Shown here: positions 46,716 to 57,870 of the stretch, piece by piece
Layout of the letters: every line of letters starts with the position of its first letter
Position numbering within the stretch: position 1 is the stretch's first letter
Virus record (IMG/VR): IMGVR_UViG_3300032116_000172
Origin: an uncultured virus (IMG/VR IMGVR_UViG_3300032116_000172)
Lineage: Duplodnaviria; Heunggongvirae; Uroviricota; Caudoviricetes
Strand: one strand, 5' to 3'
DNA: 64,000 nt
Translations under genes and position numbers: made by a program
The notes under the pieces: model-generated
What the model was told of the DNA's origin: nothing
The model's database searches: none
Seen by the model: only the letters and a program-made list of their open reading frames with translations

Positions 46716-47092
46716 TTTGGTACCTCGATAGACGTGTTTTCCAGCACAGTAAAATCCCCCTCGGCTGAACCATAAGGGCTGTTGTCGCCGCTGTATATGT
46801 CTGTGACGTTACCGTCAATATCCCGCAAAGCAAACACACAGTACCAAACAGACTGATCTTCTAGTGCTTCAAAGTGGTGCTCGTATTCTTTTTTTATGAC
46901 GATGAAAGTCGGCGCAGTGAATTCTTTAGGTGGATGACCAGCAACCGTTACGCGCACTTTTCCTGTGCACAACAAAGACACGTGATCAAAATGATGTTTG
47001 TGCCCACGCGTTACGTCACCTGCTTTAGCCAGCATGTTTTGGCGTACCCAGATGTTTCCGAAATAACCTAACGTGTTTTCCTCTACCGTCAC
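46712..47092 (-). CDS. cupin-fold protein (copy 1)
   Basis: GHKHHFDHVSLLCTG...KEYEHHF. Confidence 0.75.
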   Translation of the reverse strand: MTVEENTLGYFGNIWVRQNMLAKAGDVTRGHKHHFDHVSLLCTGKVRVTVAGHPPKEFTAPTFIVIKKEYEHHFEALEDQSVWYCVFALRDIDGNVTDIYSGDNSPYGSAEGDFTVLENTSIEVPK

Positions 47093-47445
47093 GGCATCAC
47101 CTCCACTTTAGTGGTTATTGTATAAGGAGGGTCGTACGCTTCTTCCACATATCTTTCAACCAACACAGCGCGTTTAGAAAGCGTCTCGGCTGCCGTGCCT
47201 TCTGATTCGTGCGTTCCAGTATAGTAATTAAACACACTGTAAACGCCTTCGGTAGTTTCTAACAAATCAAAAACACGTGACCAAGTGGTATCCGCGCCAT
47301 GCTGTTCTATTTTTACAATCGGAAAGTACTCGACACATTTTTGTCGCAGCTTTGCTTTGAACAGCGCGAGGGTATCTAACAACTGTTCTTCCGATACTGA
47401 TACAGTTTCATCAGTCGTATAGTCGGTTATGTAGTATGTCGTCAT
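47089..47445 (-). CDS. hypothetical protein
   Basis: Coupled ORF after the Gly-rich adhesin. Confidence 0.55.
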   Translation of the reverse strand: MTTYYITDYTTDETVSVSEEQLLDTLALFKAKLRQKCVEYFPIVKIEQHGADTTWSRVFDLLETTEGVYSVFNYYTGTHESEGTAAETLSKRAVLVERYVEEAYDPPYTITTKVEVMP

Positions 47446-48485
47446 GCCACGGCTCCATACGCTCTGCCAGAACTAGCTGTACCGCCAACCCATGTAACTG
47501 TCTTGGTAGATGTGTTAATTGCTTTACCGCCCGCCAACGTAGTAGAACTAGGATTGGGGGAACCGTCGCCGCCCGCGTTTCCAGCAGAACCCCCGGCACC
47601 CGATGTGCCTGACGATGTTGCGCCTGATCCCCGACGACCACCTGCCGCGCCGTAGCCACCACCTCCGCCTCCCCAATATAAGCTTCCACCATCTTGGCCT
47701 GTGCTACCGCTACCGCCAGCGCCCCCACCAAGACCAAAATTGCGAACACCGGGGCCGCCAGCTACGCTTGCCCCGCCTGTACCGGGCATGATACGGCCAC
47801 CATTACCACCGGTAGAGTTGTTAGCATTTAGGTTCGTTCCATTCGCCCCTGTAGCGCCCGGAGAAGCTGCGGCTGCTGCATTATTTCCGCCAGCACCGCC
47901 GCCTGCCCCACCACCTCCACGACCAACAGCACTGTAGGAAGCGCCGCCGTTCCCGCCCCCACCACCGCCACCAATATATCCGTTTTGATTATTGATCGTG
48001 ATACTTGTCGTACCAATACCGGAAATATTTAGTGCGGGGCCACCAGCAGTAGCAGCAAGCGTGTTGTGGTACCCACGGCCCCCCATACCCATAATGAACC
48101 CGTCGTTCACAAGAGTGATGGTGTCACCTGTCGTACCGCCGGTAATGGTCAAAGCGTAAACTGCTGTGTCTGTAGAATACACATAAACACCGGCGTTGAC
48201 TGTGATGGTGACGTCTGTGCTGCCTGCCACATACCCAGAAAGTGCAGAAACGTTTATAGTCGCGCCTGTTGTGTTAGCGCTGTATGTTTGAGAAGCGGTG
48301 GGCCTGTTGGATTTGCCATATGCCGCACTCATAGAGATTGCGCCACTAGGTACTTGCAGCAATGTGCGTACGTTAGCGTCATTCAGGCTGATCGTAGCGG
48401 TGGCCGACTGCCCTAATTCAAGGTTAATCGACTGACCGACAGTTGAGCCGCCCATACTGAGCGGACCAGTGCTGTTCATCGTCAT
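47442..48485 (-). CDS. glycine-rich receptor-binding adhesin (T2 gp38-like position and composition)
   Basis: Polyglycine motifs such as IGGGGGGG; directly after the S74-bearing fibre. Confidence 0.65.
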   Translation of the reverse strand: MTMNSTGPLSMGGSTVGQSINLELGQSATATISLNDANVRTLLQVPSGAISMSAAYGKSNRPTASQTYSANTTGATINVSALSGYVAGSTDVTITVNAGVYVYSTDTAVYALTITGGTTGDTITLVNDGFIMGMGGRGYHNTLAATAGGPALNISGIGTTSITINNQNGYIGGGGGGGNGGASYSAVGRGGGGAGGGAGGNNAAAAASPGATGANGTNLNANNSTGGNGGRIMPGTGGASVAGGPGVRNFGLGGGAGGSGSTGQDGGSLYWGGGGGGYGAAGGRRGSGATSSGTSGAGGSAGNAGGDGSPNPSSTTLAGGKAINTSTKTVTWVGGTASSGRAYGAVA

Positions 48486-50785
48486 TTGACTTGGCTCCTA
48501 AGTTCAGCAACTTCGGCCTGCAATTCTTTAACTGCCTCAATAAGCAGCGCTACTATACGGTCGTACTTGACTGCTTTAAATCCGTCTTCTCGTTCGGCAA
48601 CAACTTCAGGAAGAACCACTTCAACTTCTTGGGCGATTACACCAACATCATGCTTACGTACAAAGTACCCGTCCTCACCGCCACCGCGTTCGATTTCTTC
48701 TTGCGTCCAATCAAAAGTAACTCCGCGAATTTGCGACAGTTTGTACAACGCATTGGATATTGGCTGGACGTTCTCTTTTAGCCGCGCATCCGATGAGTAG
48801 TAAGCAGTGATGTTGTTAGTAGCTCTAATCTCACCGCTTGTCGCGCTGGCTGCTGTACCTACGCCAAGTGCTCCAAATTGAACCCCGGAAGTCGTCGTTA
48901 TCGCTTGCGGGATTGAGATGCTAATAGACCCAGCCCCGTTAGATATTGTGACGCCCGTACCTGCTGTTAAAGTAGTGCGGGTGAAGCCGCTTGTAGTACT
49001 GTTGCCAATATCTAACACGCCGTTAGTTGGGGCTGAAGAAAGTCCCGTGCCGCCATTAGCAATAGGTAGGACTCCAGTAACGTTGGTAGTCAAGTTACAG
49101 AAAGTTGTTGCTGTGCTTCCTGTACCACCGTTAGAAGTTGGGAGCGCTGTGCCAGAGAACGTAACTGCAAAAGTTCCAGACGTAGTAATCGACGAAGGCG
49201 ATACTGCTAGGAACGCCGGTACTGTCATACCTACAGAAGTAACCGTGCCGGTACCGGCTGCCGGGGTTGCCCACGTACCATCGCCACGCCAAAATGTAGT
49301 GGCTGATGCGCCGGTGCCACTGTTCAAGTTCGATACAGGTAAGTTGCCCGACACATGGGTGGACAACCCAATCTTACCCCAGCTAGGAGCAACACCAACT
49401 CCGCCAGAAATTAGCGCATTACCTGTAGCGACGTCAGCTAAAGATGCCCAAGTATTTGAACCAGAAGCGTAAAGCAGGTCGCCCGTAGTAGCCGAAGTTA
49501 AGCCGGTGCCGCCATTAGCAACAGGTAGCGTACCTGATACGTGGGTAGTCAGCCCAACTTTGCCGTAGCTAGGGGCTACACCTACACCACCAGAAATTAA
49601 TACGTTGCCTGTAGCTACATCCGATAGTTTAGATATAGTAGTGGCGGCAGACGCGTATAGCAGATCGCCAACTGCATAGGATGTTTGCCCAGTGCCCCCA
49701 TTAGCTGCGGCAAGAGTCCCGCTAACAGACACCGCGCCAGACGTAGCGGTTGAAGGGGTAAGTCCAGTGCTACCAAAAGTAATAGATGTTACGCCAGACG
49801 TAATAGTGCCAGACACCACGCTATTCCATGTCATCGCGGTAACGCCTACCGTGTCGGTAGATTTGAACGTAGTTACATACTGAGTACCACCGTTAGCGGA
49901 ACCAGATTGAACATTAACAAACGAACCGGCAATCTCTGCGGCAGTGCTCGCGTCATCCGCCCTAGACCAAGACCCGGCAGCAACTACATATATACCGTTG
50001 TTCGCCGCAGTTGTTTGATCTTTAACCAGCACCCGGTTGCCAGCCACAACAGCTATACCGTCAATAGTAGTGGTACCGGCTAGGCTGGTAAGGTTAGCGG
50101 TGGTAGCGCACAGTACTGTTTTGACTCCGGGCACTGCCCACGAAGTGCTAGTCCCATCCGTGGTTAGAAATGACCCCGCATTACTTGTTTGTGTGGGGAT
50201 TATTGAGGCCCAAGAAGTGTTAGTCCCGTCAGACGACAACACCTTACCATTTGCTCCACTCTGCGATGGAAGTAGTGCGTTTATTGCAGCGTTAGCTGTA
50301 ACTTGCCCAGTACCGCCAGAAGTTATGGGGAGAGGGGTTCCAAGTGCTAGGGTGCTTGCATAATCTAAAGCTACGCGCACATTGTTAGCGTCGCAGAAAA
50401 TCGGCATTGTTTTCCCGGCGGGAATTGTTACTGTAGTGCCGCCAGTTGGTGTGGTGCCGTTAAGCGCAGTCGCCGCCGAAATGGTAACTGCGTAAGTTAA
50501 GTTTGAGTTATAGATTACGTAATATTTTTCAGCCGGGGGGATATAAACGGTATACGCTCCTGCATGAGACGTATCCAGTTTAATAACCATGTTGCGAGAC
50601 TGATCGGCTCCGCCGTTAACTGCGGTCAGCGCTTGAGACGCACTTGTAGTCGTAACCGCTACATACCCGGCAACAGCGTCTTCGATTAACGTACCAAGGT
50701 TGGTGTTTGTTGTATCGCCCCAAACACCGGATTGATCGCCGTTGGCTATAAGTTCGATACGTAAGTTGGGGGAGTATGTTGACAT
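48482..50785 (-). CDS. tail fibre with C-terminal intramolecular chaperone (peptidase S74)
   Basis: [11 protein letters not shown]...GVIAQEV...[17 protein letters not shown]; repeated L..ANGGTG units. Confidence 0.88.
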   Translation of the reverse strand: MSTYSPNLRIELIANGDQSGVWGDTTNTNLGTLIEDAVAGYVAVTTTSASQALTAVNGGADQSRNMVIKLDTSHAGAYTVYIPPAEKYYVIYNSNLTYAVTISAATALNGTTPTGGTTVTIPAGKTMPIFCDANNVRVALDYASTLALGTPLPITSGGTGQVTANAAINALLPSQSGANGKVLSSDGTNTSWASIIPTQTSNAGSFLTTDGTSTSWAVPGVKTVLCATTANLTSLAGTTTIDGIAVVAGNRVLVKDQTTAANNGIYVVAAGSWSRADDASTAAEIAGSFVNVQSGSANGGTQYVTTFKSTDTVGVTAMTWNSVVSGTITSGVTSITFGSTGLTPSTATSGAVSVSGTLAAANGGTGQTSYAVGDLLYASAATTISKLSDVATGNVLISGGVGVAPSYGKVGLTTHVSGTLPVANGGTGLTSATTGDLLYASGSNTWASLADVATGNALISGGVGVAPSWGKIGLSTHVSGNLPVSNLNSGTGASATTFWRGDGTWATPAAGTGTVTSVGMTVPAFLAVSPSSITTSGTFAVTFSGTALPTSNGGTGSTATTFCNLTTNVTGVLPIANGGTGLSSAPTNGVLDIGNSTTSGFTRTTLTAGTGVTISNGAGSISISIPQAITTTSGVQFGALGVGTAASATSGEIRATNNITAYYSSDARLKENVQPISNALYKLSQIRGVTFDWTQEEIERGGGEDGYFVRKHDVGVIAQEVEVVLPEVVAEREDGFKAVKYDRIVALLIEAVKELQAEVAELRSQVK

Positions 50786-50794
50786 TTTGGTTCC

Positions 50795-51280
50795 TTAACT
50801 AAGGTATAGTGCACGCTCGTCGTTGCGTCTGTTTACCAAGCCTTTAAGTACTTTGCCACCGGCTTTGGTGTATTTCAAGAACTCTTCTGCTGCGCCAGCG
50901 TAGTCCCCGCGATTAAATTTTTGCCGTAGGGTACTGCGCTGTAACGTACCAAGTCCTACGTTGAAGCTAAAGCTAACCAGAGCGTCGAGCCAGCCTTGAC
51001 GAGTGCCAGCAGCAGGACAAAATTTAAGTACTCCGCGCTCAAATCTCTCAAGGTCTTTTGCAAGGATAGCATCCACTTCCTCCATAGTAAACGTGCGGTT
51101 CCAGCCCGGTGGGCAGGGCAAACCTGCCCTTTCCTCGATCTTTAGCTTACCGTGGTTTGGGTCAATCACATGCCCTACCCCGATAGTCCAAAGCTTGGCT
51201 GGACATTGATATGGTTTAGTCCGCACACCCTCGTGGTGGCGGATCATTTCTAGTGCTTTTTTGCTAACAGGCATGATCAC
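50795..51280 (-). CDS. endolysin (GH24 lysozyme)
   Basis: HEG...PYQCPA..WTIGVGH, ALVSFSFNVG, GLVNRRNDE. Confidence 0.92.
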   Translation of the reverse strand: MIMPVSKKALEMIRHHEGVRTKPYQCPAKLWTIGVGHVIDPNHGKLKIEERAGLPCPPGWNRTFTMEEVDAILAKDLERFERGVLKFCPAAGTRQGWLDALVSFSFNVGLGTLQRSTLRQKFNRGDYAGAAEEFLKYTKAGGKVLKGLVNRRNDERALYLS

Positions 51281-51792
51281 TTCCCGAAGGCTCTACCGCC
51301 AAAATGGAATGCAATGATTGAGGCAAACAGCGCCTGTGTCTCGGAATCCCACAGCATTTCCGCCAGTTCTTTGAAGTCAGTACCACGGTGCCATCCGTAG
51401 GCAAACAGGCCAACGTCAACGAAGACCAGCAGGAAGAAGAAACCAAATGTAATGATCGGCCTTACACCCGCCCGGAGGTTTTTCATCCACTGCGACGTAC
51501 CCTCGTTCAGGCTCATGTCGTGCGCGTAGATCGCCTGCATCTCAGCCTGCTGGGCTTGGATCAAGGACTGCTTTTCTTGTGAAGCAGTCTCGGTACGGAT
51601 TTCTTCGAGTTTGATTTCCTCGATTTTTTGCTGCGCAGCATAGCCAGCGGCCAGTAGCTGCATTTCCCGTTCGGTCTGCATTTTGGCGAGCGTTAGTTCG
51701 TGGGACTTGTCCGCACGGTCTTGGAAGAAGTCCAGAATCTTGGGCAAGCCACCCATCAAGAACGAAATAAGTGTTGACAAAAGTGTAAGCAT
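51277..51792 (-). CDS. holin-like membrane protein (GTA 3TM-type)
   Basis: N-terminal TM, coiled coil, VRPIIT, FHFGGRAF; next to the endolysin. Confidence 0.7.
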   Translation of the reverse strand: MLTLLSTLISFLMGGLPKILDFFQDRADKSHELTLAKMQTEREMQLLAAGYAAQQKIEEIKLEEIRTETASQEKQSLIQAQQAEMQAIYAHDMSLNEGTSQWMKNLRAGVRPIITFGFFFLLVFVDVGLFAYGWHRGTDFKELAEMLWDSETQALFASIIAFHFGGRAFGK

Positions 51793-52010
51793 TATTCTCC
51801 CCTATTTTGGTTTTCCAACATAAGTTTTATACGCAACTCACGCATCTTTCGGATTTCTTGAATTGCAGCCTCAGTAGCATTGTGCATGTCCAAATAAGCC
51901 ATCCCAAGCAAAGGTATTGCTACTACGAAAGTCAAGGCCATTACTGCCAGACATACCACGATAACCCACGGTATGTGTGACTCGTCCTTATCAGAAGAAA
52001 CACGCCCCAC
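51792..52010 (-). CDS. small single-TM protein of the lysis cluster (start uncertain)
   Basis: IPWVIVVCLAVMALTFVVAIPLLGMAY; GTG start assumed. Confidence 0.5.
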   Translation of the reverse strand: MGRVSSDKDESHIPWVIVVCLAVMALTFVVAIPLLGMAYLDMHNATEAAIQEIRKMRELRIKLMLENQNRGE

Positions 52011-52645
52011 ATCCACCCCACTACGAACAGGATTGCCCCAATCCAAGTTGCCAGCGCTTTTAACTGGTTTACCGCCCTTCTGCGTCGCCATACAACAGTC
52101 TGTGTCTTGCGCATCTCGTCGGCAAGCGCCTCGTTTTGTTCTTGAACGATCTGCTGCCACATTTTTTCAAAGCGCGTCCACACATCTCCCAATTCAGGCG
52201 GCGTCTGGTACACCATCATCTCGCGTACCTCGGCCAGCATTGCGTCAAGCTGAGTCCTTATTTGTATTCGCCGTAGCGCCCTACGGGCTAAAGACTCATT
52301 CCCTTTGTACAGTTTCTTGGCGTTGGCTTCCTCTTCTATAAACGCCTTGGCCAGCTTGTCGTACTCATCAACAAAAGTGCCAAGATAGTCCCAGATGTTG
52401 TTCAGTGCGTCTATCGGATTCGTCTTGGCAACGGTCTGGACGCGCTTTATTTCTTCGTTGTACTGTCGCGTCTGCTCGGGCGACGGATCAACGAGTTTGT
52501 GGTACTGCTCTTTCAAATCTTTCAGCACATCGCCGACTTCGCCTGCGGTGGCCTTGACTTCCTTGTAGAACGCAATCCCTTGTTTGGCTAGGTCTATCGC
52601 AGTCGTTGCCGCCTTGAAACAAGCAACAATAGTCAGCGGATCAAT
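51941..52645 (-). CDS. coiled-coil protein with C-terminal TM, probable ATT start
   Basis: AGGAG-7nt-ATT GAT CCG; 234 aa. Confidence 0.6.
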   Translation of the reverse strand: MDPLTIVACFKAATTAIDLAKQGIAFYKEVKATAGEVGDVLKDLKEQYHKLVDPSPEQTRQYNEEIKRVQTVAKTNPIDALNNIWDYLGTFVDEYDKLAKAFIEEEANAKKLYKGNESLARRALRRIQIRTQLDAMLAEVREMMVYQTPPELGDVWTRFEKMWQQIVQEQNEALADEMRKTQTVVWRRRRAVNQLKALATWIGAILFVVGWMWGVFLLIRTSHTYRGLSWYVWQ

Positions 52646-52655
52646 TTTTTCACTC

Positions 52656-53045
52656 CTACGACGGCTCGTCTGGCCACACAATGTTCAGCGGGTCGGTCTG
52701 CGTCTGGGGAATGTCCCGCAACGCCTGAACATAATTAAGCAGCGACATAAGCAAAGTGTCGTCTGTCAAGTTTAGCGCCACTCTGTCTCGCTCTCGATCG
52801 ATGCGCCAGCGTACAGCCTCAATACGTTTATTTCTCTCAGCGCGGACAACGGCCCATTCGCCCGGCAGGTTTGGTGTCCAGTTACGCTCTTCCGGCACAT
52901 ACGTGTACACCCCGCCATCAAGCGGGTGCATCCACGACGTAACATCGTGGTCGTCAGGATGCTGTCTGTCTCCACAATAAATAAAAGACATATCGTCATG
53001 CTTGACGTACGTGGGCATTCCCACAGGCTGTGTTTCAACTGGCAT
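52656..53045 (-). CDS. tail fibre assembly chaperone-like protein
   Basis: WAVVRAERN...YVQALRDIPQTQTDP..IVWP. Confidence 0.75.
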   Translation of the reverse strand: MPVETQPVGMPTYVKHDDMSFIYCGDRQHPDDHDVTSWMHPLDGGVYTYVPEERNWTPNLPGEWAVVRAERNKRIEAVRWRIDRERDRVALNLTDDTLLMSLLNYVQALRDIPQTQTDPLNIVWPDEPS

Positions 53046-53053
53046 GTAATCCT

Positions 53054-56000
53054 CTACTGAACATAGTCGCCTACCATCGTTGTTCCAAACGGCATAATCA
53101 GAACGCGGTAAAACGTACCGACCGTAACAGTAAGGCTGAATCCATCCGAGTTCATACCGTTAGAAGCAGCGTTGGCAATAACGCTTACAACTGGGTTGAC
53201 CGTGGACTGGTTATAGTCACCAGTGGTGCCGTACGTGATCAAATACCCCCGAGCGCCATAGCCCAGATACATGTTACGCGCAAATGTGGTGGCGGTTGCT
53301 TTGAAAACCCCTGAGTCATAAACGCAACCGGGCGGTGAGACTCGCGTATAACGCCATTGCCCGATACCAGCGGTAGCCATCATTGTCTTCATCTCACGCT
53401 GGCTAGAGAACCACCAGTCATCAAACGAATACCCGTCCGTCTCGCCGTTGCTCGTATCGCGGGAGTTATCACCACCAAGCAAATCAAAATCGTTATAGCC
53501 GCTAGAAGGACCGGGAACAAACCGCAGCGTGATAGTTGCTGCTCCTGCCACACCTGCGTTGCGGTTACGGCTTAAGAACACTTGATGTAGCCCTGTACCG
53601 AACGCGTCCCATGCAATACCAACAACTCGGGCATTGTCGATTGTTGCACTGGTTGTGGCTATGCCTGAGCCGGTTGCCGTGTACTGCTTGGGGCCTATAG
53701 CGAGAGCGGCTTGCATAGCGCGTACCGCCGTGTTATTGGCCGCTGAGTTCTGAGTAGTAAAATAGTCGTTAATACCTGCGTCAGCCGTTGCTGTAAATGT
53801 GACATCAGGAAAAGCGCAAGTACCAGTCGTTGCGCCGCTGTTAACGCCCGCCAGTTCGTTAGTAAATACCCCTGATATGTTATTAGACTTCGCAACAAAT
53901 ATTGCGTTGTCTGGCATCTGTAAATAGCCGCCGTTGCCTGTAGAACCGTTACACCGCACAAACGTAAGCGTCACCCCGTTAGTTGTCGCAGTAGCGGCGC
54001 GGGCACCGTTTCTGTCATACAGAGTAAATGTTTTTTCGCCATATCTGATGAACGCATAGACGTGGGTTGTAGTCGGTATGCCTGCTGCGGTAACTAAAAA
54101 CCGTCCTGTGTTTCTAGAAAAACCAGCCGTTGTTTTAGACAGCGTAACTGTGTCGCTTCCGTTGACAATATCGCCCGTAAGCGTAAACGAATCCGCAGCA
54201 GAGCCCACGATGGGGCCGTCCCAGTAAGTGTCGGACCGAATGTTTGCGCCGATGCCCCAGCTTGAACCGCGCAAGTACCCACGGAAGCCGAAGTTATTGC
54301 GGCAAGAAAACGGAACGTCTTGACCGCCATTGTTGCCCGCGTTAACCCAACCGGTATCACCGGCATCGACGTCAATCAGCGCTGTGCCTTGTGGAAGGTA
54401 TGCGCCCCAGCACTCCGGCACAACTTGCAAGTAATCAACCCGCCCTTCGAAACCGTTGGCAGTGCCGTCAGCAGTTGCTCCTATATTGAACCATGCCGTA
54501 GACGCACTGAAAGGCTGCGAAGCGGTCTTGAACATCATGGCCCCATTGACATAGAGACGGCCGGGGAATGCGGTATCAAGAGGATTCCACACAAAAGTAA
54601 CAATGATCCATTCCCCGTTGCCGTTAAATTGCCAGCACTTCAGGGAGGTAATAATAGCCGCAGGCACCGTAGTGGCCAGCGTGATTGACAAACGGCGGTC
54701 TACCGACCCCTCGTTCACCATAACTTTGATTCCGTTGGCAGCCGCCGCAGTGTTGGCAATCCAGAACACGTTTTGGTTGAGTGTTGTTATGTTGTCGACA
54801 CGGAACCGACACTGAATAGTAAACGGACGTGCCACCGCATTAGTTGTCAGCGGCAAAGCCAGTGCCTTACTGGACCACAACCTTTCAACACGCGCAGACG
54901 TAAATACGAACCCATCAACATCGCGCCAAAAACCGCCGTTGTAGTTTCCTCTGTTTGTGTTCTGAATGTAGGCTCGCCAAATAGTGTCGCCTTTGTCTCC
55001 TGACTGCGCAGCGTAGGACCAGTTAGCAGTCGCCGTGCTACTAAAGAACACTTTTACAAAAGTGCGAGCAATAATATCGCCTTCGCACCAGTAGTTGTAA
55101 TAGAACGTAGTATTAGCGCCAAACGTTACGGTGTTGAAATACTCGCCATATCCGCCACCAGTTTGTCGAATGCTTACGGCTCCGTCTGCGGTCCACGCAG
55201 TGAAAACATAACGCCGTCCGTTAACGTGAATACGGACTTCTGAAGTTGTAGTAACCGCTTGGGACAAAATTGTCGGCGCAGCAGTTGTGCCGCTAATAAG
55301 AAAGTTACCGGTAACAGTGGTGCCAGTAGGGACCTGAGACGCGTTTCCTTGAAACGGGATCAAATACGCGTACGTGTAGCCCTTATCAGGCGTGTCGTCT
55401 CCTTCTAACCAGTTAGCCCCGAGCACAAGCTCAGACATGGCGCGAGTTGCGCGAGGGTTGTTAACCCAGTTCGCCTCACCCATGTAAATCATTTCGCGCT
55501 GATACCACCGACCGTTCTGCCAGTAATAACGACGAAGAAAATTGTTTCTGTCAGTAGAAGAACGAGGATACCCAATACCGTAATTAGAGCCATCGCTGTT
55601 CTGCTCGTCTTTGTCCCAGTAAAACAAATCCGGGACGTCGGTATTGTTAAAGCCCCCGCCAAGCTGTTTAAAGAAAAACGTGCCTTGGTTAGTGTTGTTC
55701 AGCCAAGGCGAATCTCCCCAAAACTCTCCGTACGTGTACCAATACGTACGGTGCCACCACAGACTAATATTGGCTGTGTTGGATCGCTGATTTAAAGCGC
55801 GGATACCTGTATTGACAACGGTAGGATTGCCTGAAACACCATTTCCGTTACCAACAGTAATGCCGTCCCCAGCAGCAATACTTCTACTGAGAAAATTGTC
55901 TGTTGATGTGTTCCACGCCAACATACCTGATGCAGGGTCAAGAGTGCTTATACCTAATCCGTTTGTGATCCTAACAATACCGGTACTAAAACTAGCAAGG

Positions 56001-56317
56001 TATGCAAGTGTCACCGCTTGCGCAGCCGCATAAGTCATAAATACATCTTTGGTCCCCGCACTAAAGCTGACCAACGACCCGCCATTAGACGACGCATACA
56101 CTTGCGTTCGAGAAAGCACGTTAGCCGGAATGTACGTGCCAACCCCGACCTCCCACTCATTCGTACCGGGGTTAGTGATGGTGTAAAAAGTCGTGTCAAA
56201 CCCAGCCATGACAGACGCAAACGTACGGAACCCGAGTACAGCGCCGCCCAGCGTAAAACTGCCGGTCCCCGACGTCGTTGAAGTTTCTCGAACCCTGTCC
56301 CTAAGAATGAGCGCCAT
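53054..56317 (-). CDS. tail fibre/spike with a ConA/LamG-like lectin domain
   Basis: N-terminal DRVRETSTTSGTG...WEVGVG anchor; W..VTF...LYVNG...IGA...FEGRVD. Confidence 0.7.
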   Translation of the reverse strand: MALILRDRVRETSTTSGTGSFTLGGAVLGFRTFASVMAGFDTTFYTITNPGTNEWEVGVGTYIPANVLSRTQVYASSNGGSLVSFSAGTKDVFMTYAAAQAVTLAYLASFSTGIVRITNGLGISTLDPASGMLAWNTSTDNFLSRSIAAGDGITVGNGNGVSGNPTVVNTGIRALNQRSNTANISLWWHRTYWYTYGEFWGDSPWLNNTNQGTFFFKQLGGGFNNTDVPDLFYWDKDEQNSDGSNYGIGYPRSSTDRNNFLRRYYWQNGRWYQREMIYMGEANWVNNPRATRAMSELVLGANWLEGDDTPDKGYTYAYLIPFQGNASQVPTGTTVTGNFLISGTTAAPTILSQAVTTTSEVRIHVNGRRYVFTAWTADGAVSIRQTGGGYGEYFNTVTFGANTTFYYNYWCEGDIIARTFVKVFFSSTATANWSYAAQSGDKGDTIWRAYIQNTNRGNYNGGFWRDVDGFVFTSARVERLWSSKALALPLTTNAVARPFTIQCRFRVDNITTLNQNVFWIANTAAAANGIKVMVNEGSVDRRLSITLATTVPAAIITSLKCWQFNGNGEWIIVTFVWNPLDTAFPGRLYVNGAMMFKTASQPFSASTAWFNIGATADGTANGFEGRVDYLQVVPECWGAYLPQGTALIDVDAGDTGWVNAGNNGGQDVPFSCRNNFGFRGYLRGSSWGIGANIRSDTYWDGPIVGSAADSFTLTGDIVNGSDTVTLSKTTAGFSRNTGRFLVTAAGIPTTTHVYAFIRYGEKTFTLYDRNGARAATATTNGVTLTFVRCNGSTGNGGYLQMPDNAIFVAKSNNISGVFTNELAGVNSGATTGTCAFPDVTFTATADAGINDYFTTQNSAANNTAVRAMQAALAIGPKQYTATGSGIATTSATIDNARVVGIAWDAFGTGLHQVFLSRNRNAGVAGAATITLRFVPGPSSGYNDFDLLGGDNSRDTSNGETDGYSFDDWWFSSQREMKTMMATAGIGQWRYTRVSPPGCVYDSGVFKATATTFARNMYLGYGARGYLITYGTTGDYNQSTVNPVVSVIANAASNGMNSDGFSLTVTVGTFYRVLIMPFGTTMVGDYVQ

Positions 56318-56326
56318 GCGTTAACC

Positions 56327-57856
56327 TCAAGTGTCTATAGTCTGCCAACTCTGTGGCTGAGATGTATCGTCAGTATCCCACGATGGGGTTTGCGTGTCAG
56401 AAATAACTTGCCATGTAGAAGGTTGTTCTACAGGCAGTGTACTCCATGAATTTGGTTGGTTGTTGTTTGGAACAGTCCACACCGGCGTCTGGTTATTAGC
56501 TGTTGACTGCCATGTTGAAGCTTGTGGGTTGTTTATGTCTCCCCAACTAGATGTTTGCTGATTGGCAACAACTGCCCAGTTGGGGGTCTGCGTACTTTGC
56601 GCATTTAGCCAGCTAGGCGCATTTTCACTTGCAACAACCGTCCACGCTCCGGGCTGGCTGTCGTTGATCAGCGCCCAGTTCGGCGTCTGGTCATCAATAA
56701 TAAGTTCCCACAGATAACGACCAAGAACAACATCATTAAACTGAGCGTAAGCAAACGCAGAAACAACGTACGAAGCGCCGCCAGATGTGGCCGCCAACAG
56801 TTGGACAATTTGCTGTACTTGCGCAGAAAAATTGGCCTGCACCGAGTTAACGTCATTAAAAGACGCACTTTCGTTTTGCTGAGTGTTTGTTATAAAGGAA
56901 GCAACTAAACTGTCTGAACCCTGCACGGATTCGGTTACCGTCCGAACAAATACGACCGTAACACTTTGCTGGTCGCTCGCGGTCAGCGCTTCGGCAACTT
57001 GCGCTTGCGTAAGGACAAAAGCAGCATTAACGTCCAAGAACTGGGCATCTTCATCTACGTCGGCGACAAAATCTGCTTGTGCGGACTGAGTATCCTGTAC
57101 AGCCGCATTCTCATCGTACGACGCAGCAAACGCCGCCTGCACACTCTGCGCGTCATACACATTTATAGTGGTAAGTAGCTCCCCCGCCGCAGTAAGCTGG
57201 GCGTTTTCTGTGGAAGTCATCTCTACGCGGTCTTCTACAATGGACAAAACTACGCCAGAACCGTAAGCCAAGGCGTAGGCTTCCACAGTTTCTGCGATTA
57301 GACCTGAAAATGGGGACGTACCTACAAATGTGTCGCTTATATGGACGTGTTCGTCTTGGGCGGCGAAAACAAAACGTAAGACTACAAAGTTGTCAGACCC
57401 GGAAATTTGTTCGGTAATATCGGCTGCAAAAGAGGCATCCGCCGATACAGTATCACTTGTGTCTACCTGCTCAACAGTAAAAGCAACGGCAGTTTGTGTA
57501 TCATCAAACACCGCAAAAAACTGTGCGTCTTCATCGACGTCTGCGGCCAGATCGCCAACAGCGGAGACAAGTTCAGAGAAATTGGCGGCCTCAAGAACGG
57601 TAGCAACAAAATCAGTCTGCCCTGTAAAGTCGGCAACAAACTGCGCAGTCTGCGCGACTTGAACCGCAAAGTCGGCGTTACTGGTAAGGAAATCAGAAAA
57701 TCTGGCTATTTCTGATACGACGGCATTTGTATTAAGAGTGCACGTCTCCGCATCAGAAAACCTTACCGTTTCTGATATAGAAACCGCAAATACAGTACCG
57801 GTTACAGGGAGCGTAGAGAACGGGACTGTTGAAAACGGCGCGAAGCCAAACATCAA
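56327..57856 (-). CDS. repetitive structural protein (tail/collar)
   Basis: MFGFAPFSTVPFS N-terminus, acidic quasi-repeats, W-containing 11-aa repeats at the C-terminus. Confidence 0.6.
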   Translation of the reverse strand: MMFGFAPFSTVPFSTLPVTGTVFAVSISETVRFSDAETCTLNTNAVVSEIARFSDFLTSNADFAVQVAQTAQFVADFTGQTDFVATVLEAANFSELVSAVGDLAADVDEDAQFFAVFDDTQTAVAFTVEQVDTSDTVSADASFAADITEQISGSDNFVVLRFVFAAQDEHVHISDTFVGTSPFSGLIAETVEAYALAYGSGVVLSIVEDRVEMTSTENAQLTAAGELLTTINVYDAQSVQAAFAASYDENAAVQDTQSAQADFVADVDEDAQFLDVNAAFVLTQAQVAEALTASDQQSVTVVFVRTVTESVQGSDSLVASFITNTQQNESASFNDVNSVQANFSAQVQQIVQLLAATSGGASYVVSAFAYAQFNDVVLGRYLWELIIDDQTPNWALINDSQPGAWTVVASENAPSWLNAQSTQTPNWAVVANQQTSSWGDINNPQASTWQSTANNQTPVWTVPNNNQPNSWSTLPVEQPSTWQVISDTQTPSWDTDDTSQPQSWQTIDT

Positions 57857-57870
57857 TCAGCCCCGCATAA

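Noticed and set aside
47442..56317. Diversity-generating retroelement or invertible tail-fibre cassette
   Set aside because: No reverse transcriptase or invertase; the internal fibre repeats are ordinary in-frame domain duplications
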